Shown here in pieces: positions 45,885-58,100 of a DNA stretch of 64,000 bases. Under the pieces are notes generated by a model. That model made no database searches. It had not been told where the DNA came from and was given only the letters and a program-made list of their open reading frames with translations. A program made the translations under genes and the position numbers. This DNA is from Macrostomum hystrix (Eukaryota > Animalia > Platyhelminthes). The stretch's first letter is position 1. The number at the start of each line of letters is the position of its first letter. The DNA lies in assembly GCA_950097015.1 (NCBI GenBank), contig CATNEN010000029.1, positions 2,046,001-2,110,000 of the forward strand, in the 5' to 3' direction.

Positions 45885-48800
45885 ATGCCAACAGCCAAGT
45901 TGAACCCGGACCCAGAGATGCGCGCCTTTGTTGAACGCGTCCACGTCAAGGGCCTGCGCAGAACCCAGGATCATTTGGTGCACTCGCAGGTGCGCAGCCT
46001 CCTGTCGGACCGGGTGGCCACGTGGGGCCAGCTGGTGCTGGAGATTCAGGCTGCCAAGCGTCGTCTGCAAGCTCTGGGTGTCTTCACCCGCGTCGATGTT
46101 ACCATAGATACAGCCAAGTCGCCTGCGGCGGAAAAATCTGGAATAAACAACGCCGCCTACGAAGTTGTGTTCGAAGTTCAGGTGAACTATGGGCCATATA
46201 ATATAGTGAAAACAATTAATAATTATAATTGGCAGGAAGGCTGCGGGCAATAACACATCATTTGGTGACACTAGAACCACAGTGAGCGAGGAGGCAATTC
46301 TGCTCGTTTCGCTGACTCTTGAGCACACACGCACACAGAGATACCGTTGTACATCTGCTCTGACTTTCTCATCTTCAGGCAGTGTACACTTTCACTGTCC
46401 CTTCGAGGCTGCGCCCCAAATGAATGTGGCCTCGCCGCGGAATCGAGCTCAGGGACCTTGTTGCGAGAGGCAAAGGCTTTAGACCGCTCTGCCACTCACC
46501 CCAGGTTTATTCTGGTATTCCGGTTCAAAATACAGGACAAATATTTTGCTAAGAAAATGGGTGGGTAATATAGTGTAATATAGGGTATATACTTAAACAG
46601 GCCAGTTAAATTTTCTTCATTAACCACACATATATCTAACAGGAGTGCAAGCAAATGCAGTACGGCGTGCGCACAATGGCTGGCATGGATGGCACCGTGT
46701 CCCTGGTGCTGAATGGCAACCTGCGCAACCTCACTGGCAACGCCGAGCGGCTGATCTTCGACTATCAGATTGGCACTCGGGACAGCAAGTCTCATTTTCT
46801 CACATTAGCCGCGCCTCTAGCCGCCTATCCGTTTGCGAAGGCCAGCGCCGGCCTAGTTAATAGCTGCGTTGATTACACCTGGGCAGCTGTTAAGGTGAGA
46901 CAATCACAGTCGGCTTATACATATACACAATCAGCTCAATACTGAGCTCACAATCAGCTCAATACGGAGCTCACAATCAGCTCAATACGGAGCTCACAAT
47001 CAGCTCAATACTGAGCTCACAATCAGCTCAATACTGAGCTCACAATCAGCTCAATACTGAGCTCACAATCAGCTCAATACTGAGCTCACAATCAGCTCAA
47101 TACTGAGCTCACAATCAGCTCAATACTGAGCTCACAATCAGCTCAATACTGAGCTCACAATCAGCTCAATACTGAGCTCACAATCAGCTCAATACTGAGC
47201 TCACAATCAGCTCAGTAAGAAGCTTTATTCATCCCTTTAAAGTCAGTTAAAGAAGACCAGTGTCTTCACTCCAGTGTTTAAACTCCTTGCTAAAACAATT
47301 TTCTCTGGCAGGAGAGCCACTCCAGCTGCTTCGCCAGCTTCTCGATGCCACTGGGCCCCACGGAGCAGCTGCTGCGAGCCGAGCTCAGCTGGCGTCAACT
47401 GTTAGCGGGCCAGGATGGTCGGGCCCCCCTAGCGGTTAGGGAACTGTGCGGCCATTCAGTTAAGTGCAGCGTTAAGCACGTCCTAGAGAGTGACAGTCGC
47501 GACAGCGCCACTGTGCCAATGAATGGAGGCCTGCTGAGGCTAACCAGTGAGCTAGCTGGCTTCGGCGGAGATGTTCGACACCTGCGACTCGGTGCCAAGT
47601 TGTCGCGCAGTTTGCCGCTGGCGCCTCTATTTCCAAACGCCTCTATCCACCTGACGGCCGCCTGTGGACGCGCTGTGCCAATGAACGGTGGCCGTATTCA
47701 CCTCGCTGACCGGTTCACCATTGGCGGCATGTCTAGCGGTTTGCGCGGCTTCGATATTAACAGCGTCGGGCCCAGCCAGCCGTGCGCGTCGGCTGCCGCA
47801 GCGGCGGCGCCTGCTTCGGGGTGGGTGATTTTTATAGCTAAATAAGTGTATTGCTGCGGCTGCATTTACAGTAGAAAGGGCACAAGCGTATTTCAAAAAA
47901 GCCACATTTTAACTTTTTACTACAATCTACAATAAATGATGCCTAGTCAAGTAGAAGTACACTTTTAACACGATAAATGATGCGCGTTTGACACAGTATG
48001 AAGGTTTGCTTTAGAACCAAGACTGTACACTTTCGACCCAGTTAGGGGGTCACTTAATTCGATCCACTCAAAGGATCCTCCGTCAAATAATTTAACTCAT
48101 TTTTTCGATACCCTGACAAAGTTAAACAACTATTGAATGTCGGAAGTGACTGTGACACCTAAGGAAGTCAGGTACTTCTAGCTTTGTTAACAGTAAGACT
48201 ACCAAGCCATTTTGCCGCCCGTTTTTATACCAATTTCCCTCCCCCAGAAATTTTTTTGACAGCGCCTGAATACTAACAGCGTTGAGTGGTTGGCAGACTA
48301 GGCTAGGGTGTCCTGTGGTTGAGCTGCGCCTAATAGTTATGCTTGATCAGTGAAATTGGAGAAATTCGCGTCGGGTTGTCCATAGTAGCATAGTCACCTT
48401 TTGTAGCCCTTGAAGGTCCAGCAGTCCGTCTAGATAGAGGTAGGTGACCACCGAAGACGGAGATGATGCAGGCACATTCGGGTGACGTGCTGATAAATTT
48501 TGAAGGCCGCACTGAGGCGCAGTGCTAATTCGTGTTATAGGGCTGTATGTAATACTCTAGCGCTTATGGAAAAAATCTTACATTCGTCCAGAATCACTGA
48601 ATATCTCGACGGTCTGAAGAGATGGCGACTTGATACTTGATTCAGAGGATACGCAACAAGGATACGCATCATTGAGTTTCGTGTGCTTGCATTGCTCCAT
48701 TCGGATGCAACAGAAAAATTGTCAGGGAAGGGGGAATTCCCCCTTGGTAGTTCTACTTTTAATAATATTTTTGTCATTTTTCGCTGCCTCTGTACCGCTT

Positions 48801-49237
48801 TTCGAGTGACTTCTCAAAATTATTTTAAGTGAACCAACCATCCTCATGAAACTTCTAGCGAGCAGCAGCAGCAGCCACCGCCAGGTGACGCCAGCTCCGA
48901 TCGTTGCTACCTTGGTGGCGAGTCGTTTTTCACCGCCGGCGCACACCTGTACTGCCCCCTGCCGCTAATTACCAGGCGAGGCAATTTCTTCGACTTATTC
49001 CGCTTGCACGCCTTCGCCAACGCCGGCTGTCTTGTTGCCAACGGCGGTGGCGACCATTGGAAGCTGCCGCATTTTCCTAGGGACGAAATCCGCTTAGCCT
49101 ACGGAGCGGGAATCCTGCTAGCTGTTGGCGGCCTGGCCAGATTCGAGCTCAATTACACTGTGCCCTACTCAGCTTGCCCCGGAGACAAACTGGTGCCCGG
49201 CGTCGGCCTGGGCATTCACGTCGACTCGCCATTCTGA
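45885..49237 (+). CDS. SAMM50: Mitochondrial outer-membrane SAM50 (Omp85/BamA family), 478 aa; join(45885..46181,46643..46894,47312..47820,48859..49237)
   Basis: POTRA domain (VERVHVKGLRRTQD...LQALGVFTRVDVTIDT); LRNLTGNAERL; VRELCGHSVKCSVKH; ADRFTIGGMSSGLRGF (loop-6 RGF motif); YLGGESF, LHAFANAG, IRLAYGAGI and ARFELNY. Exon phases are consistent and the length is close to animal Sam50. Confidence 0.93.
46205..46502 (-). mobile_element. SINE family 2 copy (internal deletions) in SAM50 intron 1
   Basis: The reverse complement starts GGGGTGAGTGGCAGAGCGGTCTAAAGCC...GAGCTCGATTCC. It shares GTGTACACTGCCTGAAGATGAG and GCAGAATTGCCTCCTCGCT with 35502-35861. Confidence 0.88.
46925..47214. repeat. 23-bp minisatellite (GAGCTCACAATCAGCTCAATACT)n in SAM50 intron 2
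   Basis: About 12 near-identical units. Confidence 0.95.
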
Positions 49238-49439
49238 ATAGGCAGCGTAGAAAGAGAGACAGGTGCACTTTTCAATGGTGAATACCGGTTCTTAAGAGAT
49301 CCTCTGATTCGCCGAAATATATATTTAACATAAATACCGATCCGGTCTTTATCCATAGAACTAGCCGGTTGTAATAAAAAATTATTTTAATCCCTTGTTA
49401 ACATCGTTTCGACAAAATGCATTGTTTGCTAAAATATCC

Positions 49440-49880
49440 CATAGTGTCGTGATCCCTGATTCACGGGCCCTGCGTCTCCGAAATCCCTGCAAAATCCCAT
49501 TACGATCCCGGATTCTAGGAAATTCCATTTACTATAAATTTTAAATTCCCATTGTGATCCCTGATTCTAAGAAATCCCTTTTCACACAAAAAATATAATC
49601 CCATTGTGATCCCTGATTCTAAGAAATGCCTTTTCACACAAAAATATATAATCCCTTTGTGATCCCTGATTCTAAGAAATCCCATTTCACACAAAAATAT
49701 ATAATCCCATTGTGATCCCGGATTCTAGGAAATTCAGTTTCACTAAATATCCAAAATCCCATCATGGTGCCTGGTTTAGGGAATTCTGATTTCGCAAAAT
49801 CTCCATTTGTTTGTGATCCCCTCCCGAGAGTAGGAAATTCAGTTTCATCAAAATCCCCTCTCATGTGTGATCCCCAATTC
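49440..49880. repeat. Degenerate repeat cluster built on GTGATCCC(T/G)GATTCTA(A/G)GAAAT downstream of SAM50
   Basis: The motif recurs about 8 times with variable spacing; it may be the subterminal region of a DNA transposon. Confidence 0.6.
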
Positions 49881-50565
49881 TCACGTAAGTCAAATTCGAC
49901 CCCTTCATGAATTTTTCATAAGCGCCCACTGAGGTATGTACTTTTATTAAATTCCGGCTTTTCGGCGAATAAGACGGAAATCTGACAAATCCGCGTTAAA
50001 TTCGGTTGCAGTTTCGGGTTTTTTATGTCGGAAAAAATCATAAATTATAACTAACTTGTTTACCGACTTCACTATGTGGACAATACGCTGTACTGATCAA
50101 AAGTACAAGTTTTTGTCTAAAATGAGTTCGAATTACAAAGTCTAGCTTCAAACAATGTTGTATGTTTTTGTGTAAAAGAAAATAATGGACGTTAGAAATT
50201 GAGTTGCTAGCACATTGCCAAGTTTATCAGGCTAATCTGATATGTTACAATTGGATTAATTGATTCGTAATTAATTATAGGATTGTAATGTACTCTAGCT
50301 CTCTCTTTTAGTTTATTATTTAAGCTGTTAGTCATAGTTTTAACAAATATATATTATATTGTAATAGAATCACGATTATTGTGAATTTATTAAGAACTTT
50401 CATCACTCTGATGCGCCCGTTCATGTTTGTTTGGCTTTACAGTTCTCAAACTCAACAGAAAGCTGGCAAGCATAAAACACTCCAGTTAATGCGCTTCTCG
50501 TTACTTTGTCATTTTGGTGGCTTGAAATTAATCCTATCATTCTAGTACCTAGTATCTAGTATACC

Positions 50566-50996
50566 TGTATGATGACATACAGCTGTCATCATACTGAGCA
50601 TACAGCTGTCATCATACTGAGCATACAGCTGCCATCATACTGAGCATACTGCTGTCATCATACTGAGCATACAGCTGTCATCATATTGAGCATCATGATG
50701 ATGGCAGCTGTATGCTCAGTATGATGGCAGCTGTATGCTCAGTATGATGACAGCAGTATGCTCAGTATGATGACAGCTGTATGCTCAGTATGATGACAGC
50801 TGTATGCTCAGTATGATGACAGCTGTATGCTCAGTATGATGACAGCTGTATGCTCAGTATGATGACAGCTGTAGGCCTAGTATGATGACAGCTGTATGCT
50901 CAGTATGATGACAGCTGTAGGCCTAGTATGATGACAGCTGTATGCTCAGTATGATGACAGCTGTATGCTCAGTATGATGACAGCTGTAGGCCTAGT
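50566..50996. repeat. Fold-back array: 23-bp unit CATACAGCTGTCATCATACTGAG, forward then inverted
   Basis: About 5 forward units run to ~50690, followed by the palindrome CATCATGATG (50691-50700) and then about 13 reverse-complement units. Confidence 0.92.
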
Positions 50997-52116
50997 AACA
51001 TCAATAAGACTCTGGGGCTGTGCTGAATGCCATACATCTAGAATCAAGGTTGTCAATTTGCATTAGGAGAATAAATGATTGCCAGTTTATTTATGTGAAA
51101 TTGAACATTAATTAATTGAACATTAATTGAACATTTATTGAACATTAATTACTATAACTAGGCCACATGGCAGAGCTGTGTGACGCACTTGAATATATTT
51201 TAGTCCTTTCCTAACCCAGCCGTGTCCTTGAAGCAAAACGGCGGCGCACTTAGGCTTGTAGCAGTTGGAATCGTGTTGCTGCTTGAGTATTTATTTTTCC
51301 CGTGAGCTTGGCGACTAAACTAAATAGCTTGACCAACTCATTCATATCTCGGTACTGTTGTCCTGCAGGAGGTTGGGGTTGGGTCTAGTTAGATGATCCC
51401 CCATCTTGTGGGAATGCTTTTTTCCTCAGCATAACACAGCTGATTGAGCCGTTGTCATTGTGGGTGTTTGATGCAAAAACATAAGCCAGGAGAACAATCA
51501 TTTGTTCTTCATGGAGTGGACCGTCAGTTTTATCTCTCTCCCAACTAAAACGAATGTTCGCGTTTTTTAGCTTCTATCCCCATTCTATTTTCCATTCTCA
51601 GACGCGATCAGTTGAGTAGAGAATTCAATGCAGTGATGAGGCAGGGCACCCTATCCATCGGTCAGGCTTGGGTCCGCTGTCCCATCCGCAGTTAAATTGA
51701 TAAGTTTAGTCTCGGCCTCCTCAACGGTTGTCAAAACTAAAAACACACAAAAGCCTTCCATATTCCTAGCCCCCGTTATGGATACATTATTGTGACGCTT
51801 ATTTGTATTGCCATGCGGCGGGGTTGCGTTATGAAATTCACGACAATCGTTGCTGCTACTGTGGGAGGAGGTGGAGAGAGAAGAGGGTGACGGAAAATGG
51901 CGGGAGACAGATGAGGGATGGGTAACCATGACAACGATCGCAACAAGCAAATTCGTGGGAGAGCTGGGCATATAGATGCGGGCTTGGTCAGCCAAATCGA
52001 TGGCAACAGCTGCAAGAGCGCAAACTTCACTTTGCTTATAATACCCCGATTAAAAAGGACTCTGGGCCCAGACAAACAGACTTTTCTTACCTGCTCTCTC
52101 ACAGTTCAAAGCCGCG

Positions 52117-55100
52117 ATGGCAAACCTGCGGACTGCCATGGCGGCGGCTGCCTTACTGACGATGCCACTGCTCAGCCTGGTGGCAAGTATTGCTGCTGCA
52201 AGTGAGGCCCGATTGTGTTATTTAACAATTGTTACTCACAATTTAATGAGTCCTGGCCTCACATGAGCTTCGCAGCGAAAGATATTGTAGCAGACCTCTC
52301 AGCTCTCTCTCTATATTTGTTGGATTTGGGATTGGTGAGCTGAGTATTTGGGGGGAATGGTAGCTTAAGTTATGAGGGTGAGAATAGGTATTTTCCACGC
52401 TGTTCGGGTTATACCTAAGGTAGCGCTAATGCCCGAGCGGCAAGACACTAGCTACTAACAATGGGAGCGGAATTTACTGCTGCTGGCACGAGGGCTAAGG
52501 TCACTGATCTGGGGCACACAGTCCGTGGGGCGTATCAGGATGGATTGAAGTTGCCTGGTGAACGTCTTTCGCACTCTCACTTACTTTCCTCTATGGGGTC
52601 CGGGATTAGTACAGTCTCATGAGGGATAAGGCGGAGTTTAGGGACTTCAGGGGGGTATTTAGGGAACTTTTAGGTGGACTTCAGATAGACTTCAGGTGGA
52701 CTTTTGGACGGGATTTTAGGACGGTATATTGGGATTTCAAAGGGATCATATAATAGGGTGCATTCGGGGTAAAGAAGGCCGACGAGAGATCTTTGGGAGA
52801 GGATTGGGAAGGCAAAGGTATCTTTAACTGTTTTCCTTTTATTAGGAAAATAACAAAGGAACTCGGTCTATTTAATAGCGAAACAGGAAAAGAGTTAGGA
52901 AGTTTAATCGCTTATATTTCGTCGAGAACGTATAGTAGGTTTAACCAGTGTTATTGGTATGACTGGGGAGCGAGGGAGCAGGTTGAGCAGGTTGAGGAAG
53001 GTTGAGGAAAAAGGTAAAGATCGCATTTATAAATTTCTATATATATATACAAAAAAAATTGGGGTGGGTGCATGTTTCCACTTGCGGGCGAATATTACGG
53101 ACAAAGAGCACTGCGTGAGATTACGATATTTAGCTAGCGCGTGAGGAAAAGTGGCGGGAATTAAAAATGAAAAAAGTCCTAATTTATTCACTGCCTCAAT
53201 ATCCCAAATAATTCCATCCTGAAATCAACTCCTGAGTTTACAAATAACAACTAATAGTAACAAATGACGAGTGATAATGTTAATATTATATGCAGGAGGG
53301 CTGTAAGCACATCATTTGGTGACTCTAGACCCGCATCGAGAATGGAATTCTTCACTTTCCGTTGATCCCTCACACTCACACACTCACACTGATACTGTAC
53401 GCATGCACACACTCAAACAGGTGTGTACATCTGCCCTGACTTTCTCATCTTCAGGCAGTGTACACTTTCACTATCCCTTCGAGGTTGGCCTTTAAGGGTG
53501 TAAATTGCACGACAATTCTGCACCCAAGCCTTCTCGCCGCGGCTGCGCCCCAAATGAATGTGGCCTCGCTGTGGAATCGAACTTTAGACCGCTATGCCAC
53601 TCACCCTCTCAGATTTATACCATTCTCTTGTACAAACCATGGATGAAAGCCCGTACCAGGTGCCCCGAGACAGTCTGATAGACCAGCTCGGATTTTAGCC
53701 AAGAAATAAATTCATAGAATTGTTTGGAACACCCACGGACATTCACTTCGCTGATATGACAAAAATTTCTTGCGTCATCACCTCACACCTTGCACTCCCA
53801 ACATCAAACCGCGCCGTACCTGAAATGCACAGTTCCGCCGGCGACCTGTCGGCAGGTGGCCTTGGTCAACTCCTCCCAGCGGGCCTACCGTCGCAACCCC
53901 GGCCTGCAGGGCGCCAGTCTCACGGATGTTCCACTCTCGGTGGGCACTTGCCTGCTCGTGTGTGCCACTCAAACTGATTTAATCAGGTAAGAAGCGCAAT
54001 TTTCGTTAGGGGCGGGGGTGAAGTGGCCGAGCGGTATCCCTGCAATGTGCCTGGGTACGTTATCTGTGTGCGTGTGTGCTCAGGACCCAGGAGTCAGCAA
54101 AGTGGGCAGAATTGCCTCCTAACTAACAGCGTCCACCCTGTGAATGCTATTATAGTTTAAATATCACTGTTCTTTTGTTTGACCAATTGCTTAACAGTAG
54201 AAGGACCACACATTTATCTTTTTTCTGTACCTTAAAAATATTGTCAACTGTGGGATCATTGTCAACTGTGGGATCATTGTCAACTGGGGGATCATTGTCA
54301 ACTGGGGGATCATTGTCAACTGGGGGATCATTGTCAACTGGGGGATCATTGTCAACTGGGGGATCATTGTCAACTGTGGGATCATTGTCAACTGGGGGAT
54401 CATTGTCAACTGGGGGATCATTGTCAACTGGGGGATCATTGTCAACTGGGGGATCATTGTCAACTGGGGCATCATTGTCAACTGGGGGATCATTGTCAAC
54501 TGGGGGATTATTGTCAACTGCGGGAACATTGTCAACTGGGTTATCATTGTAGCTTTAAAAAAGCTGAAAATACAGCTGCTAAAAAGTATATACTGGACGA
54601 ATTAAAAATATTTCTGCTCCCCGAAGGGGGCAAAACTTGCTAGTCGTTCTTTCTATAATTTACAACTATTCGCCTCTTTACTTGATTATTTTCTTGTCTC
54701 TTCAGCTTTGCGGCTTTCGGCTACAACACCTGCTTCTGTGGCAACGCCAACCACTCAAGCTTGGCAGCTTCCAGCAGCTGCTTCAGCGGCTTGTGCCCCA
54801 GCAACGACTCCTGTTTTGTTGGCGAGCAGAATATCTACGAGGCCCTGGTGCTCAATCCGATTTTCAACGCCACGTTACTGGCGTCCTCAAGTAAGCGATT
54901 GTGACCTTGGAGCATTGTGTAGAATTAACTTTTAATTATTTCAATCCTCCAATATGCAGACCAGCTGCGCTCCGCGTCGTTGATATTCAGCTCGATTCCA
55001 AGCGTGAACGTCAGCGCCTCAACCCGGTTTCCGGCCACTATCTCGGCCGCTGATGTTGATGAACAGGTCAGCGCCTCGCAGCAAGTCGTGACGACAATTT

Positions 55101-58100
55101 CCAATCTGCTGACGGACACCGTCGAGGTCCCCGTGCGGCCGACGTTCAGCAGTAAGTTGGTCTAACTGTCGAGAAACTAAGGAATTTTAAGAAACTAATC
55201 CTTTAGTTTTCTCGGCCTCTCTACAGACCGTCGCGGCTTGGTCTATGCAAGGTACAGGACTAGCGAAGCCTCTGAGCAGAAGACAAAATCTTACAAGGTG
55301 CTCTATCCTGTCGGAGCGAGTTTATCTCTCGAACTGGACTTCGCCAACAACACGCCCGGCTACTATCCGGTGATGCTGGAGTTTCGCGCGCGCGCCAGAA
55401 TCAACCTGGGCTCTAACCTGTCCGCCGAGTTCAATTTCGGCGATGGCAGCTCTAGGCAACAGCTGGCCACCCTGCCTGGTAGGCGACCTGCTGCCAGTGT
55501 AGCGTTGGCTAGAGAAATAATCGATAATTGGGGTAGCCAGTGTAGCGTTTGCTAGAGAAATAATCGATAATTTGGGTAGCCAGTGTAGCGTTGCCTAGAG
55601 AAATAATCGATAATTGGGGTAGCCAGTGCAGCGTTGGCTAGAGAAATAATCGATAATTGGGGTAGCCAGTGTAGCATTGCCTAGAGAAAAATTCGATAAT
55701 TGTGGTAGCTAGTGTAGCGTTGGCTAGAGAAATAATCGATAATTGTGGTAGCCAGTGTAGCGTTAACTAGAGAAATAATCGATAATTGGGGTAGCCAGTG
55801 TACCGTTGCCTAGAGAAATAATCGATAATTGGGGTAGCCAGTGTAGCGTTGCCTAGAGAAATAATCAATAATTGAGGTAGCCAGTGTAGCGTAGGCTAGA
55901 GAAATAATCGATAATAGGGGTAGCCAGTGTAGCATTGCCTAGAAAAATAATCGATAATTGTGGTAGCTAGTGTAGCGTTGGCTAGAGAAATAATCGATAA
56001 TAGGGGTAGCCAGTGTAGCATTGCCTAGAGAAATAATCGATAATTGTGGTAGCTAGTGTAGCGTTGGCTAGAGAAATAATCGATAATTGCGGTAGCCAGT
56101 GTAGCGTTGCCTAGAGAAATAATCAATAATTGAGGTAGCCAGTGTAGCGTAGGCTAGAGAAATAATCGATAATAGGGGTAGCCAGTGTAGCGTTGGCTAG
56201 AGAAATAATCGATAATTGGGGTAGCCAGTGTAGCATTGCCTAGAGAAATAATCGATAATTGTGGTAGCTAGTGTAGCGTTGGCTAGAGAAATAATCGATA
56301 ATTGTGGTAGCTAGTGTAGCTTTTGGATAGAGAAATAATCGATAATTGCGGTAGCCAGTGTAGCGTTGCTTAGAGAAATAATCGATAATTGGGGTAGCCG
56401 ATGTTGCGCTTGGATAGAGAAATAATCGATAATTGGGGTAGCCAGTGTAGCGATGGCTAGAGAAATAATCGATAATTGGGGTAGCCAGTGCAGCGTTGGC
56501 TAGAGAAATAATCGATAATTGGGGTAGGCAGTGTACCGTTGCCTAGAGAAATAATCGATAATTGGGGTAGCCAGTGTAGCGTTGACTAGAGAAATAATCA
56601 ATAATTGGGGTAGCCAGTGTAGCGTTGGCTAGAGAAATAATCGATAATTGGGGTAGCCAGTGTACCGTTGCCTAGAGAAGTAATCAATAATTGGGGTAGC
56701 CAGTGTAGCATTGCCTAGAGAAATAATCAATAATTGGGCTAGCCAGTGTAGGTTTTGGATAGAGAAATAATCGATAATTGGGGTAGCTAGTGTAGCGTTG
56801 CCTAGAGAAATAATCGATAATTGCGGTAGCCAGTGTAGCGTTGCTTAGAGAAATAATCGATAATTGGGGTAGCCGATGTTGCGCTTGGATAGAGAAATAA
56901 TCGATAATTGGGGTAGCCAGTGTAGCGTTGGCTAGAGAAATAATCGATAATTGGGGTAGCCAGTGTAGCGTTGGCTAGAGAAATAATCGATAATTGGGGT
57001 AGCCAGTGTACCGTTGCCTAGAGAAATAATCGATAATTGGGGTAGCCAGTGTAGCGTTGACTAGAGAAATAATCAATAATTGGGGTAGCCAGTGTAGCGT
57101 TGGCTAGAGAAATAATCGATAATTGGGGTAGCCAGTGTACCGTTGCCTAGAGAAGTAATCAATAATTGGGGTAGCCAGTGTAGCTTTTGGATAGAGAAAT
57201 AATCGATAATTGGGGTAGCTAGTGTAGCGTTGCCTAGAGAAATAATCGATAATTGCGGTAGCCAGTGTAGCGTTGCTTAGAGAAATAATCGATAATTGGG
57301 GTAGCCGATGTTGCGCTTGGATAGAGAAATAATCGATAATTGGGGTAGCCAGTGTAGCTTTTGTATAGAGAAAAAATCGATAATTTTGGTAGCCAGTGTA
57401 GCGTTGCCTAGAGAAATAATCGATAATTGGGGTAGCCAGTGTAGCGTTGCCTAAAGAAATAATCGATAATTTTGGTAGCCAGTGTAGCGTTGGCTAGAGA
57501 AATAATCGATAATTGTGGTAGCTAGTGTAGCGTTGGCTAGAGAAATAATCGATAATTGTGGTAGCTAGTGTAGCTTTTGGATAGAGAAATAATCGATAAT
57601 TGGGGTAGCCAGTGTAGCGTTTGGATAGAGAAATATCGATAATTGGGGTAGCCAGTGTAGCTTTTGGATAGAGAAATAATCGATAATTGGGGTAGCCGAT
57701 GTTGCGCTTGGATAGAGAAATAATCGATAATTTTGGTAGCCAGTGTAGCGTTTGCAAGAGAAATAATCGATAATTTGGGTAGCCAGTGTAGCGTTGGCTA
57801 GAGATAATCGATAATTGGGATAGCCGATGTTGCGTTTGGATAGAGAAATAATCGATAATTGGGGTGTGCTGTTCAGAAATCGAGACTTTAGCGTAATTTG
57901 CGGTCTTAATTTGGCTAACAAAAGAAGGACAATTATTGTAATTTATAAAGGTCAGGTAGAAAATATTTGAGTGCAAATTAAACTAGACTTCATTAAATAT
58001 TATTGTGTACTGCTGCAAATAAAGCTCGGTGTGTTCCATACGTGCTCCATTGAAAGCTGAGCCCCTTCCGTTTGCAGATACATTCCCTGTTACCTACCGC

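Noticed and set aside
52330-53160. G/purine-rich segment in polycystin intron 1 that looked like a retroelement remnant
   Set aside because: I found no RT, integrase or gag motif in the frames I read, and no second copy.
54175-57976. Repeat ORFs (LSTGGS, QLTMIP, SIISLSKR types)
   Set aside because: These are translations of the 18-bp and 43-bp intronic arrays.
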